Positions 11,003 through 21,295 of a stretch of 32,000 nucleotides of DNA are shown in pieces. How positions within the stretch are numbered: the first letter of the stretch is position 1; each line of letters begins with the position of its first letter. The notes beneath the pieces are model-generated. The model was not told the origin of the DNA, ran no database searches, and was given only the letters and a program-made list of their open reading frames with translations. The position numbers were made by a program, and so were the translations under genes. Source of the DNA: Mycoplasmoides pneumoniae FH (GTDB taxonomy: Bacteria > Bacillota_I > Bacilli_A > Mycoplasmatales > Mycoplasmoidaceae); contig NZ_CP010546.1 of the NCBI RefSeq assembly GCF_001272835.1, forward strand, positions 182,809 through 214,808, written 5' to 3'.

Positions 11003-11794
11003 ATGCACAAAAAGAAGTTTTTATCAAGAACTTCCTTTGCTTCTTTGTTTTTGCTTTTAGGAACAGTATTGAGTGCTTGTAGCAAAGTAGAGTCCACAAA
11101 AAGTGTTCATCCTGTAAAAAGTTTTAAATCTGATCTAAAAAGTCTTCTTAAAGAAACAATTAAACAAGATATTGATTTATCTAAAACAATCAAAACTTCA
11201 GAAGGCAAACAACAGATAATAACTTCTTTAAAAAAGTCTTACGGAGTTAATCCGAAAGATACAACAAAATTGTTGTTAGACGCATGAAAACAGAGCTTTG
11301 AAGAAGGTGAAATAGGTATTGCGGATCTTGATTTTGAAGTAGCTTATCCCAAAACCCAAGATCCTTTTACAATGGAGCGAAAGGTTGATCATTTCCAAAT
11401 GACATACCAAAGTTTTAAGGATTTATCAATTAAAGCTAAGTTGAGCTATACCTTTAATTGATTTGGAGATTATTCTTCAGGTGGTTTCACTGCTAAGAAA
11501 GGTGACAAGCATTATTTCGATCTTTTCCTTAAAATCAAACCTGATCCCAACAAATCATTTAAGGCTGCAAATTTTAAAACTGAAGAAAAAAACTCAACAG
11601 TTATTGATGGACAAGAAACTACAAGAAATTTAGAGTGAATTGAGTTTGGTGCTTCAATTAGCTGATCATTAAAAGGCAAAGATGATGCTAGTGAAAAAAG
11701 TGTGAAACAATTTTTAGATAGCTATGCTAATAACACATCAGGGTACTCATCAGATATTAATCTCTTTAGTTATTTGGAGTATTTAATTAGGTAA
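11003..11794 (+). CDS. Lipoprotein (about 263 aa), hypothetical
   Basis: [28 protein letters not shown] has a classical signal and lipobox (VLSAC). Joined through TGA codons (11285 onward) to TAA 11792-11794. Confidence 0.8.
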
Positions 11795-11828
11795 TTTGTT
11801 GTGATTGCTTGGTTGTACTTGGAAAAAT

Positions 11829-11875
11829 TTTAGCCACTTGCTTTTCGCCTTGAACAGATGGCTTTTTATTTTTAT
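11829..11875 (+). terminator. Possible terminator after the 11003-11794 lipoprotein
   Basis: agcca ... tggct followed by ttttatttttatt. Confidence 0.35.
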
Positions 11876-12011
11876 TCAAATTAATTTCATCAAAAACTTT
11901 TTTGCAATTTTGTTGACACTTCCAAAAGCTCATTTCAATTTATTTAGTGGAGGAGCAAAATGCAAATCTTTAATTTTTGAAATTGATCAGCAAAGCGTCT
12001 GATCCCTGTTG

Positions 12012-12024
12012 GCAACCGAGTTGC
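12012..12024 (+). promoter_or_regulatory. Triloop hairpin in DUF16-type leader
   Basis: GCAAC-CGA-GTTGC at the position equivalent to GCAGC-AGT-GCTGC at 7656-7668. Confidence 0.4.
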
Positions 12025-12071
12025 AAGTGTTAGTTATTTTTTAAAAAATCAAAAGAAAGGAGGATTTGACC

Positions 12072-12320
12072 ATTAAAAAAGTAAAGGTTACAGAGAAAGC
12101 TTCTGTTGAAAGAATGATAGAAGTATTAAGTGATTCTGAAATTTTATCTTATTTATTAAGTAATAAATACACTGCTGATGGAGTTAATGAAATTTATGTA
12201 ACGATGAACATTAAAGACAAAGATTCAAACACTCAAAGGAAGCCAGATAAAATGTCTTTAGAGCTTGAATTGTTTTTAAATCAGTTTATTGAATTCTTAA
12301 AAGAGCAGAGAAAAAGCTAG
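12072..12320 (+). CDS. Small hypothetical protein with a DUF16-type leader (possible ATT start; TTG at 12066 is the alternative)
   Basis: Preceded by aaaggaggatttgaccATT; ORF KKVKVTEKASVERMIEVLSDSEILSYLLSNKYTADGVNEIYVTMNI... to TAG 12318-12320, followed by the DUF16-type terminator. Confidence 0.5.
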   Translation: MKKVKVTEKASVERMIEVLSDSEILSYLLSNKYTADGVNEIYVTMNIKDKDSNTQRKPDKMSLELELFLNQFIEFLKEQRKS

Positions 12321-12326
12321 CAGTAT

Positions 12327-12370
12327 AAAATACCAGCAGTTAATGCATGGCTGTTGGTATTTTTATTCTT
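12327..12370 (+). terminator. Terminator
   Basis: AAAATACCAGCAG-ttaatgcatgg-CTGTTGGTATTTTtta, a near-perfect stem with a U run. Confidence 0.65.
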
Positions 12371-12376
12371 TCACTA

Positions 12377-14060
12377 AACCCCTCATACGAACTCGTGGAC
12401 TGAAAGCGGGTGGGTGATACCAAGTTAGTGGCGCTGGTCCGCTCAGCGTTGGTCAGGGTGAAGTTTAATGATGGGACGAGTTCGGATTCTAATAACCAAG
12501 ATACGAATCAAAATGCCTTGAGTTTTGATACCCAAGAATCACAGAAGGCACTTAATGGCTCGCAGAGTGGATCTTCTGACACTTCCGGGTCTAACTCCCA
12601 AGACTTCGCCAGCTACATCCTCATCTTCCAAGCCGCGCCCAGGGCCACGTGGGTGTTTGAACGGAAGATTAAGTTAGAGTTGCCCTACGTTAAAAACGAA
12701 TCGGGAGCAGGGGACTCCACCACAACTAACAGTGGCTCCCTCTACACCACCCTCCAAGACCTCCTCGTCGAACAACCCGTGACCCCTTACACGCCCAATG
12801 CGGGGTTAGCCCGGGTGAATGGGGCTGCTCAGGATACGGTTCATTTTGGTTCGGGTCAAGAATCGAGTTGGAATTCCCAACGTTCCCAAAAAGTCCTTAA
12901 AAACAACCCCGGACCCAAAGTCGTCACCGGCTTTAAGCTCGATAAGGGCCGCGCGTACCGGAAGCTAAATGAAGCTTGACCGGTGTATGAACCCCTGGAT
13001 TCGACCAAGGATGGCAAGGGGAAGGATGAGAGCTCTTGGAACAGTTCGGAAAAAACAACGGCGGAAAGTGATGCCCCGTTGGTGGGATCAACCGGGAGTC
13101 AAATGGCTGCAGTCACAGACAGTCAGCAATCAGGTGATAACAATGGATTGGTATCGCTTGCCCAGCGCTCCACTACTGTTGCTGTCCAAAAAAGTGACTC
13201 TTCTGGTTCTCAAGGCCAAGGCACAACCGACAACAAATTCCAAAAATACCTCAACACCACCCAGGCCCTGCACCAGATGGGGGTGATAGTGCCATCTTTG
13301 GAAACGTGGGCGGGGGAAAACAAGTACTGGAATCGCTACCCGTGCTGCTGGTGGTGTTTCAGTCCAAGCAGCGACCCGGCAATCGTCTTCCACAAATGAA
13401 GATCTACCGAATGTAATCACCCAGTTATACCATACTTCAACCGCCCAACTCGCTTACTTAAATGGCCAGATCGTTGTGATGGGTTCGAACGCGGTACCGA
13501 GTTTGTGGTATTGGGTCGTGGATGAGCGAACCACGTCCGGAAGGGGTACTTGATGAGCCCACACCGAGTTGAACTGGGGCACCGACAAGCAGAAGGAGTT
13601 TGTGGAGAATCAGCTTGGTTTCAATGAAACCAGCGCCACCGACTCGCATAACTTTAAAAAAGCGCTGTTACATCAACCCGCCTACCTCATCAGTGGCCTT
13701 GACGTTGTGGCCGACCACCTCGTCTTTGCGGCCTTTCGAGCCGGCGCGGTGGGGTATGATATGCGACTGATACGAACGCTTCGACCTACAACCAAGCGCT
13801 CACCTGGTCGACCACGGCCGGGTTGGACAGTGCTGGGGGGTAAGGCCTTGGTGGAAAACACGGCCGGGCTCAACGGCCCGATTAACGGCTTGTTTACCCT
13901 GCTCGACACCTTTGCGTATGTGACCCCGGTGAGTGGGATGAAAGGGGGGAGTAAGAATACGGAGGCAGTGCAAACGACTTATCCGGTCAAGTCCGACCAA
14001 AAGGCTTCCGCCAAAATTGCGTCCTTAATTAATGCCAGTCCACTCAACAGTTATGGGGAT
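12377..14060 (+). pseudogene. RepMP5-like silent copy of ORF6 (5' and 3' truncated, frameshifted)
   Basis: Near-identical to 1600-3284. Open in one frame from 12410 to TGA 13397-13399 but shifted relative to ORF6 at about 13310-13325 (ggcgggggaaaac vs acctggtaaacc). Further indels occur around 13762 (atgcgactg vs atgacgactg) and 13835. Confidence 0.9.
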
Positions 14061-14120
14061 AAAAAAAGCCATCCACCTAAGGTGAAAGGCAGACAGCTCC
14101 AAAATATTTTTGACGATTGA

Positions 14121-14143
14121 AAACTAACAAAAGCTGTTAGTTT
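14121..14143 (+). promoter_or_regulatory. 9-bp perfect stem hairpin
   Basis: AAACTAACA-aaagc-TGTTAGTTT. Confidence 0.3.
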
Positions 14144-14160
14144 GATGTAGAGGCAAAACT

Positions 14161-14313
14161 ATGAATTTACTAAATTTATTTAAATCAGCGGGAGCAGGCT
14201 CGTTTTTTCAACACAAGTCACTCTGCCTGCTCCCACTAAATAAATTGAGAAAGATTTTCAAAGTAGTCAAAAAGTTTGAATATTTTGCAATTTGGGTTTG
14301 TAATCCCTTCTAA
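14161..14313 (+). CDS. Possible 50-aa hydrophobic/cationic small protein
   Basis: tagaggcaaaactATG, then MNLLNLFKSAGAGSFFQHKSLCLLPLNKLRKIFKVVKKFEYFAIWVCNPF, TAA 14311-14313; no homology visible elsewhere in the window. Confidence 0.25.
   Translation: MNLLNLFKSAGAGSFFQHKSLCLLPLNKLRKIFKVVKKFEYFAIWVCNPF
14173..14246. repeat. Large two-segment inverted repeat
   Basis: AATTTATTTA (14173-14182) pairs with TAAATAAATT (14237-14246); GGGAGCAGGC (14190-14199) pairs with GCCTGCTCCC (14225-14234). Confidence 0.7.
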
Positions 14314-14390
14314 CTATTAATAGGAACTTTTACTTTCAAAAAAGTTTTGAAGTTATTTTGGTGTCTTTACTAACTTTAAGCAATTTAGTT
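14311..14390 (+). repeat. Leader repeat, copy B
   Basis: taactattaataggaacttttactttcaaaaaagttttgaagttattttggtgtctttactaactttaagcaatttag; see 7344. Confidence 0.85.
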
Positions 14391-14473
14391 AGTGTAAAGA
14401 CTCATAATGTTTAAATTAAAAATTAACAACTTCCAATTAGGTTTCAAACTCGTTCAGTGACCAGTGATGAACC

Positions 14474-14520
14474 ACCTCCTTAAACATTTTTACGTTTTTC
14501 CAATCAATAATAAAGGAGGT
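14474..14520 (+). promoter_or_regulatory. Possible SD-sequestering hairpin
   Basis: ACCTCCTT (14474-14481) is the exact reverse complement of AAGGAGGT (14513-14520), with a 31-nt loop. Confidence 0.35.
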
Positions 14521-14527
14521 CTTCACC

Positions 14528-15034
14528 ATTAAACGCACAATTTCACTTACTTTGTTTAAGAAAAGACTCAACAAAGATAAGATTAATAATTGTCATGTTT
14601 GGGAAGAAGAGTTACCTGATGGTAGCTACGACATGGAATTTAATGGCAATTTAAACCATATGGAAAAACGAAAAAGTGGTTATGTTACCCAAAAGCAGTT
14701 TAACGAATATAAAGACTCAAACGACCAACGGCTCATAAAGATTGAAACTACTTTGGCTGCCCAAGGTGAGCAAATTAGTCAGCTAGTTCAAATTGTGTTC
14801 CTCCAAGGAAAACAAATTAAAGAACTTCAAGCGGAGCAAAAAGCACAAAGAGTTGAATTTAACGCGCGCATGGATCGCTTTGAAAGCCTTGTGCTTAAGA
14901 GTCTGGAATCAATCGGAAACACTTTGACTGATTTTGGTAAACGACTCGATTCAATGGAAACTCGTTTGGACTCTATGGATGGTCGTCTCGATTCAATGGA
15001 AACTCGTTTAGACAAAATCGATCCACCTAAATAG
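14528..15034 (+). CDS. DUF16/UPF0134-family coiled-coil protein (possible ATT start 14528; TTG 14552 is the in-frame canonical alternative)
   Basis: aaaggaggtcttcaccATTaaacgc; [18 protein letters not shown] and repeated [30 protein letters not shown] heptads. Confidence 0.85.
   Translation: MKRTISLTLFKKRLNKDKINNCHVWEEELPDGSYDMEFNGNLNHMEKRKSGYVTQKQFNEYKDSNDQRLIKIETTLAAQGEQISQLVQIVFLQGKQIKELQAEQKAQRVEFNARMDRFESLVLKSLESIGNTLTDFGKRLDSMETRLDSMDGRLDSMETRLDKIDPPK
14940..15023 (+). repeat. 21-bp tandem repeat encoding RLDSMxx heptads
   Basis: cgactcgattcaatggaaact / cgtttggactctatggatggt / cgtctcgattcaatggaaact / cgtttagacaaaatcgatcca. Confidence 0.7.
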
Positions 15035-15043
15035 TTTTAAGCT

Positions 15044-15082
15044 AAAAATACCAGCAGCTAAACTGTTTTTGGTATTTTTATT
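15044..15082 (+). terminator. Terminator after DUF16 gene
   Basis: aaaaataccagcag...ctgtttttggtattttta. Confidence 0.5.
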
Positions 15083-15316
15083 CACAAAAAAGCTAAAACG
15101 ATTTAACGACCAAAATTGGTTTTAAAAGTAATTTCAAAAAAAAATAATAACACACTGAGTAGAACCATTTAAACATTCAACTTTTAATTAATTAAAAACA
15201 GTCAAAATTTGCTTTTAAAAATACTTTTACTTCAGTAACTCAAACTAGTAAATTTCAAGGGTTAAACATCTACAAACTTTGTTAATATTTCTCTAAATTT
15301 CGGGTTTCTAGTGTTT

Positions 15317-17791
15317 ATGAAATTTAAGTACGGCGCTATTGTTTTTAGTTGTCTTTTGGGCGTTTCGGCCATTTTAGCTGCCTGTGGGGCAAGGGGCAAA
15401 TTTAACCAAGTTGATGATGGCAAGATTAAGCTAGCTTCATCTTTAACTTCCAGAAGTGCGTCAACAGCTTTACAAAAAGTTGTTGAAAAGTACAACAAGG
15501 TTAAAGGCGTAAATGATTACCCCATTGAAATTACCCAAATTGCTGGCGGTTATGATGGCGGGCGGACTGATCTACAAACCCGAGTTAACGTTAAAGACAC
15601 GACTAATTTTTATAACCTCATCTTGAACTATCCCGACTTAGTTTCCACTTTGGGACGTGTTGGGATGGAACTACCTTTTGATAAGGTTAAAACTGATAAG
15701 TTAGCTGACCGTTTTTTGGATTTCAACAACCGTATTAGTGCCATTTCCAAAAAGGGCATTTATGGCATTCCGGTTTCTTTATCCACCGAAGTTTTATCGA
15801 TTAATGGACCCGTTTTGCACTATATTTTGAATAGTGCACAAGGAAAGGTTAGTTCTGTCACTTCGGTGCAAAGAACAGCAGCTTCTGGTAGTGGAACAAC
15901 AAATAATAATGGAGTAACAAAACCTTTGAAGATTGATAAAGAAAATGAATCTACAAAGAAACTTTGAGAAGAAATAGAAAACAAGGCAAAAGAAAACGGT
16001 AAGAAAACGAGTTCTTCAAGAAGAAAAAGAAATTTAAGTAGTTCTAAACAAATGAGCACTCAAACTCAACCTACTGACAATAGTAACGATGCTAATCAAA
16101 GCGACCAGGCGATAGAAAAGACTTGGGGTAAATATCAGGAGGTTGAAGGTGGTTTAAAAGATTACACCTTCAAAGCCAGTGTGTTTGAAAACTGACACGA
16201 TTTGCTTGACTTTTCTAATAGGGTAGCTAAGTCATTTAGCAATATAAACACTAACACCAATAAAAAGGGCACCGATATTCAAGGTGTTCTGGGAATCGAT
16301 AGCACTCCTAACTCCTTATTTACCTCTGTTTTTGCTGCAGGTGGCGGTAACTATGACAACTTCTTTTATAAGGTTGCAAACGGTCGGGCTGACTTTAGTA
16401 ACTTTAAGAATAAAGGCACTTCTTACCAAAACTTACAAAAAGTTTATGGTGATTACAAAGGCTTGATTGACAGCAATGGTCTCTTTGTTAATAAGGGTGG
16501 TTCTTATTCATCGAACTTCCAAAAGTTTCACCAATTAGCTTACAGTATTTCCTCGACTTCCGGCTTCTTCTACTCGTTTGCTGGTGAAAACTCAAAGCGC
16601 TTGAAGTTTGATGGCGGTAATTTTATTGAGTTTCCTGGATTTACTCAAGCAATTTATGCGCCTGAAAATAATAGTCAAAGTGGTGGAGAGAGTGGCGATC
16701 AAACCACAAATAATGAAGCCAATCTTTTAGGCACTTTCAAAATAAAAAGCTCTAATAAATCTAAATCTTCAAGTTCCAAATCAAGCACTAAAGCCGAAAC
16801 AGGCAAAACTAGTGGTGGAGACCAAAACCAAGGCAAAAAAGGCGAAGGCGCTCAAAATCAAGGCAAAAAAGGCGAAGGCGCTCAAAATCAAGGCAAAAAC
16901 GGAGGTGAAGAAACAACTATTTACCTTTATAAAAACTCAATTCCATCTGGAAAAAATAAAGGCGAAAATGCAATTCTTATAGATAACAAAACTATTGTGG
17001 AACAACTAGAAAGTGCGGCTAAAAAAGAAGATAAGAAGAGTGGCGAATCTACCACAGAACAGACACAAATACAAAGTAAAAGTGTAACAGAACAAAAACA
17101 ACCCAAAATCATCGGTTACACTACCACTGGCAATGTTCACGAAGACAACAAACACATTTTCCCAATTGACAAACTTACATCTGATCGAAATTTTGACCGC
17201 AAAATTATTGTTGGTGCCACTGAAGAAACACTCGATAAATCGAATACTTTGCAGTCCAATGAAGCCATTGTTTTACCAGCACCCTCTAAGTACAAAAGTA
17301 CTGACACTAACAAAGTAACCATCACCCAAGGTCCGAATATCATTGGAATTCACGCCAACGAAAAGGAAAATGCAGAAACACAAAAGTTTGTGGATTGATT
17401 CTTAAACAGTCCGCAAACTTGAGAGGGTAAGGGAAAAGGTAAAGAACAAACTAATAAAACCGCAGCTGAATTCTTTGCTGAATCGGCTTCTTATATCTTG
17501 CCACTCAAGGAAATTTTTGAGCAAAAGAATGAAAAGAAAGAAGGCAGCGATCAAAAAGATAGTAAAAGCAATGGTAGAGGTAAACAAACTAACCTCTACA
17601 CCGAAAAGGCCTTGGAACTATTTAGAGGTATTAGTACCGATCAAATAGTAAGTTACAGTGACCCAAGTGACTTTAGGAGTGGTCGTTTCCGTGATGGAAT
17701 AGGTGCCACTTTTAACGCAGCAGTAAGCTCTAAAGCATCTTTTGAAAAGTTTGTTCAAAACTTTATTGCAACTTTAGGTAGTGATATTTAG
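15317..17791 (+). CDS. Large lipoprotein, MG185/MG260-type family, intact (about 824 aa)
   Basis: Lipobox ILAAC. ORF pieces 15311..15967, 16202..17398 and 17498..17791 are all in frame 2 joined by TGA=Trp only. Full-length paralog of 8522-10837. Confidence 0.85.
16823..16897 (+). repeat. 30-bp tandem repeat, about 2.5 copies, inside the lipoprotein gene
   Basis: caaaaYcaaggcaaaaaaggcgaaggcgct twice, then caaaatcaaggcaaa (protein [10 protein letters not shown]). Confidence 0.85.
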
Positions 17792-17877
17792 CTAATCACT
17801 TTTGCAGTCCAGTCAAGGGTTTCATAAAGCTAGCGCTTTATAATCAAATAATGCTTTAAAGCAATTTAGACGACTCC

Positions 17878-20800
17878 ATGAACGACTGACAGTGACTCAA
17901 AAACCGGCTGGTTAACGCCAAAACTAAGGCTGTTAGTTTCTGGCTAGCCCAAACTACCAGCACCATCTTAGATATTGCTGAACTAATTAAATGTTGTTCG
18001 GATTTAAAGAATACTTCCATTAATGGGTTAGTTGATCTTATAAATCAACAAGAAAAACTCGAATTTAACTTAACAAGGTTAAAGGAAATTGATGGCGAGG
18101 ATGCACGACAGTTGTTTGGCATTGAAGGTAATGTTTACAAACACTTCCAAACTGAACTTAGTCGCTTTTACAAGCAAACGCGCAAACACTTTCGCGAAAC
18201 TGGTTCGGAAAGTCTCTTTTTAGGTTTACCAGTAATTGAGGGCATTAACGAGTTTAACGATGTCTTTCGTGCTCCTTTACTCTATGTGGGGGTTAAGTTA
18301 AAAGTAGCACCACGACTTGAACGCTTTTGATTGGAAATAAACCGCGAGGAAATCTTTTTAAATCCGACCATCATCGGGGTTGAAATTAACAAGCGTAACA
18401 GCTTGTTTAAAAATAACTATGACACCACTAAGGTTGATATTAACCAGGCATTGGAAATCTTTCGTGAGTTGGAATACCAATTTCGGATGCCACTCACCTC
18501 GGAGTTAAAAAGTTTTTCCAAAAAGGCTAAGAGTGACTTTAACACTGAAAAACGGACTAACTTCCTCACTAATAACGTTCTTTTAGGAATCTTTGACGTT
18601 AAGGGGGATCAACTGTTCCAAAACTTTAACGAAATTCTAAACACTGATCCTGATGTTTTGGATGAATTGTTAAAGGATCGCCGCGATCTCTTATACGACA
18701 ACCGTGAGTTTCGTGAAAACTTTAACTTAAAGGGCACTTACCTCTTTAGCCACTTAGACATCTTCCAGCAGTACGCTGTCAAACAGGCATTTGATGGGGA
18801 TGTCATTATTGAAGGTCCACCTGGTACTGGTAAGAGTGAAACGATTGTCAACATCTTGGTCAACCTCGCTTTAAACAAAAAGAAGGTGTTGTTTGTGTCA
18901 GAAAAGGTAACTGCCTTAGATGTCGTTTACAACCGGCTAGGTAGCTTTAAGCACATTGCCTTATTTAATGCTTCGGTAGCGAGTGAGAAGAAGCGCTTTT
19001 ACAGCCAGTTCGCTGATTATGAAAGCTTCTTTACCGATAACTTTTCCAAGAAGGATTTAGTTAACGAAATGCCGGTGTTTGACGGGCAGTGGGTTGATAA
19101 GATCCTAAGTGAATTCACTAACCTTCAAAACATTTACGATACCCAAATTAATTCGGGTAACCAGAGCTATTCCTTCAAGGAAATCCTAAGTAGTTTTCCA
19201 ATACTTGATGTCAGTTACATTAAGATCAAGGAACACGATCGTTTTGATGAATGAGTGCGGGTATTTTCCTCACAAGTTTGATTAGAAAAACACTTAACTT
19301 ACTTAGCGTTTAAAGCGGAACTGAGCAAACGCTGGCAAAACATCGATAACTTCTACGCTTTAAAAGACTTACTGGAAAAAAGAAAGAACATCCGCGTGTT
19401 GTGCTATGTGTTGGATTACTTCGAGCAGAACAACAGCATAATCAAACCGAAGCGGGTATTGCTCTATACCCCCACTGAACGCGGGCAAAAGCAGTTGCAC
19501 CAACTCCAGCAAGACGTTGCTAAGTACAACAGCTTGCAACGTTTTAAATCGGCTGCTAAGTTTGAAACAATTAAGCTCAATTTAGCTAACAAACTAGCAC
19601 AAAACGCCAAGCCTTTTTTCTTTTCTTGATTCATTCAAACACACGCGCAAACACTGTTGGAAAATCTCGTACAAACCCAAAAGCAATTGGTTAAGGCTAA
19701 GCAAAGCTACTTAAGCAAAATTGAGCAGTATGTAGTTAGTTGTAAACGGATTCTCAAAGCTACCATTTTAGCCAACTTCTTTGAGTTGTACCAAACCAAT
19801 AAGAATGAACTATTGGATATCTGTCGGGAAGCCAAAAACCCTGTTTTAAAGGAAATTACCTGGTGGTTTAAGAAGAACTTTGCACTGTTATCAAAGCTAT
19901 TCCCCGTCCACATTATGACGTTTGAATCAGCCGCCTTATTAACCCCGAACCAGCGCCGTTTGTATGACTATGTGGTGATTGATGAAGCTAGCCAGGTTTA
20001 TCTAGAACGTGCCATTCCAATCTTATACCGTGGCGCTAAGTACATTATTGCTGGAGACACCAAACAATTAAAACCATCCAATTTCTTCCAAGCCCGGGCT
20101 GAGTATGATGTGGATGAAGAGTTTGAAGATGGTAACGTTGAAGCTGCGGTGCACTCGACTTCGTTACTACACTTTTTGAAGAACCGTTCGCGCATTTTAA
20201 CGCTGCTCAAATTCCACTACCGCAGTGATTCCGCTAACCTAATTGCCTTTACTAATAACCGCATTTATAACAACGAGCTCATCTTTATGAATAAAGCAAC
20301 CGCTGACAAGCAGGTCTTTATTGTCCATGATGTCATCGATGGTATTTGACGGAACAACCGTAACCTTCAAGAAGCACGCGATGTCGTACAACGCTTAGAA
20401 CAGTTGACCCAAACTGCGGAATATCAAAAATCATTAGGGGTGATCTGTTTCAATAAAAATCAGGCCGAGTTAATTGAGTACATGATTGACAAGCAGAACA
20501 ATCCGCTACTCAATGAGTGACGTGACCGGGTGAACGCTCAGGGCGAGTATGTCGGTTTGTTTGTCAAAAACATTGAAAACGTTCAGGGTGATGAACGGGA
20601 CATTATTATCTTCTCGTTGGGCTATGACCGTTCTGTCAACAGCTATGGCCCGATTTCCAAGCAAGGTGGGGAGAACCGTTTGAATGTAGCGATTACCCGT
20701 GCTAAGCAGCGGATTGAACTGTTCAAGACTAACCGTGCTAGTGATTACAATGGTTTGAGCTCCAATTCCTTGGGTAGTAAGTTATTGGTGGAATACTTAC

Positions 20801-21219
20801 TGTACTGTGAGGCAATGGCCAACAACCAGGGTGAGAGCTTAGACTTCCAAGCAACCCAAAAACAAGCACCCAAGGCCAAGTACGAATTGGAATTGGAGAA
20901 CCAGTTCTTTAATGAGTTGGAACTTATTTTTGGTGAGCAGTTTACGATTAAACGCAATGTCAATGAGGGTGCATACAGCTTTAGCTTTGTCTTTTACTTT
21001 AACGAAAACCCTTACCTAGCGGTTGACTTTAACCCTGCTTTACCCCACTCCAGAAAGGAAGTGAGTGAAAACATTATTTACCGCGAACAATTTTTGAAAA
21101 AGCGGAAATGGAACCTCGTTAACATTTGGTTAGACGAGTGAAAACTCAATCCAGGTGGTGTGTTGCAAAAGCTTAGAAATTGTCTAACTCACAGCGAAAA
21201 TGAGTTTGAAGAAATATAA
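17878..21219 (+). CDS. Superfamily 1 (UPF1/DNA2-like) DNA/RNA helicase, MG140-type
   Basis: ATG 17878 (MNDWQWLKNRLVNAKTKAVSFWLAQ) in frame 1 through TGA=Trp to TAA 21217-21219. Walker A VIIEGPPGTGKSETIVNILVN; VIDEASQVYLERAIPILYRGAKYIIAGDTKQLKPSNF; VAITRAKQRIELFKTN. Confidence 0.88.
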
Positions 21220-21245
21220 TTAAACGATATATTTCTCGTCATTTA

Positions 21246-21276
21246 AGAGAAGTGTCGCTAGGCACTTCTTTTTTAT
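21246..21276 (+). terminator. Rho-independent terminator between helicase gene and nusA
   Basis: agaagtg-tcgctagg-cacttct + ttttta. Confidence 0.6.
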
Positions 21277-21295
21277 TTGCCCACTTTATCACATT

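Noticed and set aside
12377-14060. A novel secreted protein family encoded by 12410..12979 and 12983..13399
   Set aside because: Near-identical to ORF6 with frameshifts; it is a RepMP5-type copy, not a new gene.
15182-15197. Perfect palindrome TTTTAATTAATTAAAA upstream of the intact lipoprotein gene
   Set aside because: Such AT-only palindromes are expected by chance in AT-rich intergenic DNA; no second copy was seen upstream of the paralog.
17878-21219. Helicase next to hypothetical lipoproteins as a possible defence island
   Set aside because: The protein is the conserved MG140-type helicase adjacent to the housekeeping nusA operon; no nuclease, methylase or other effector genes were found nearby.
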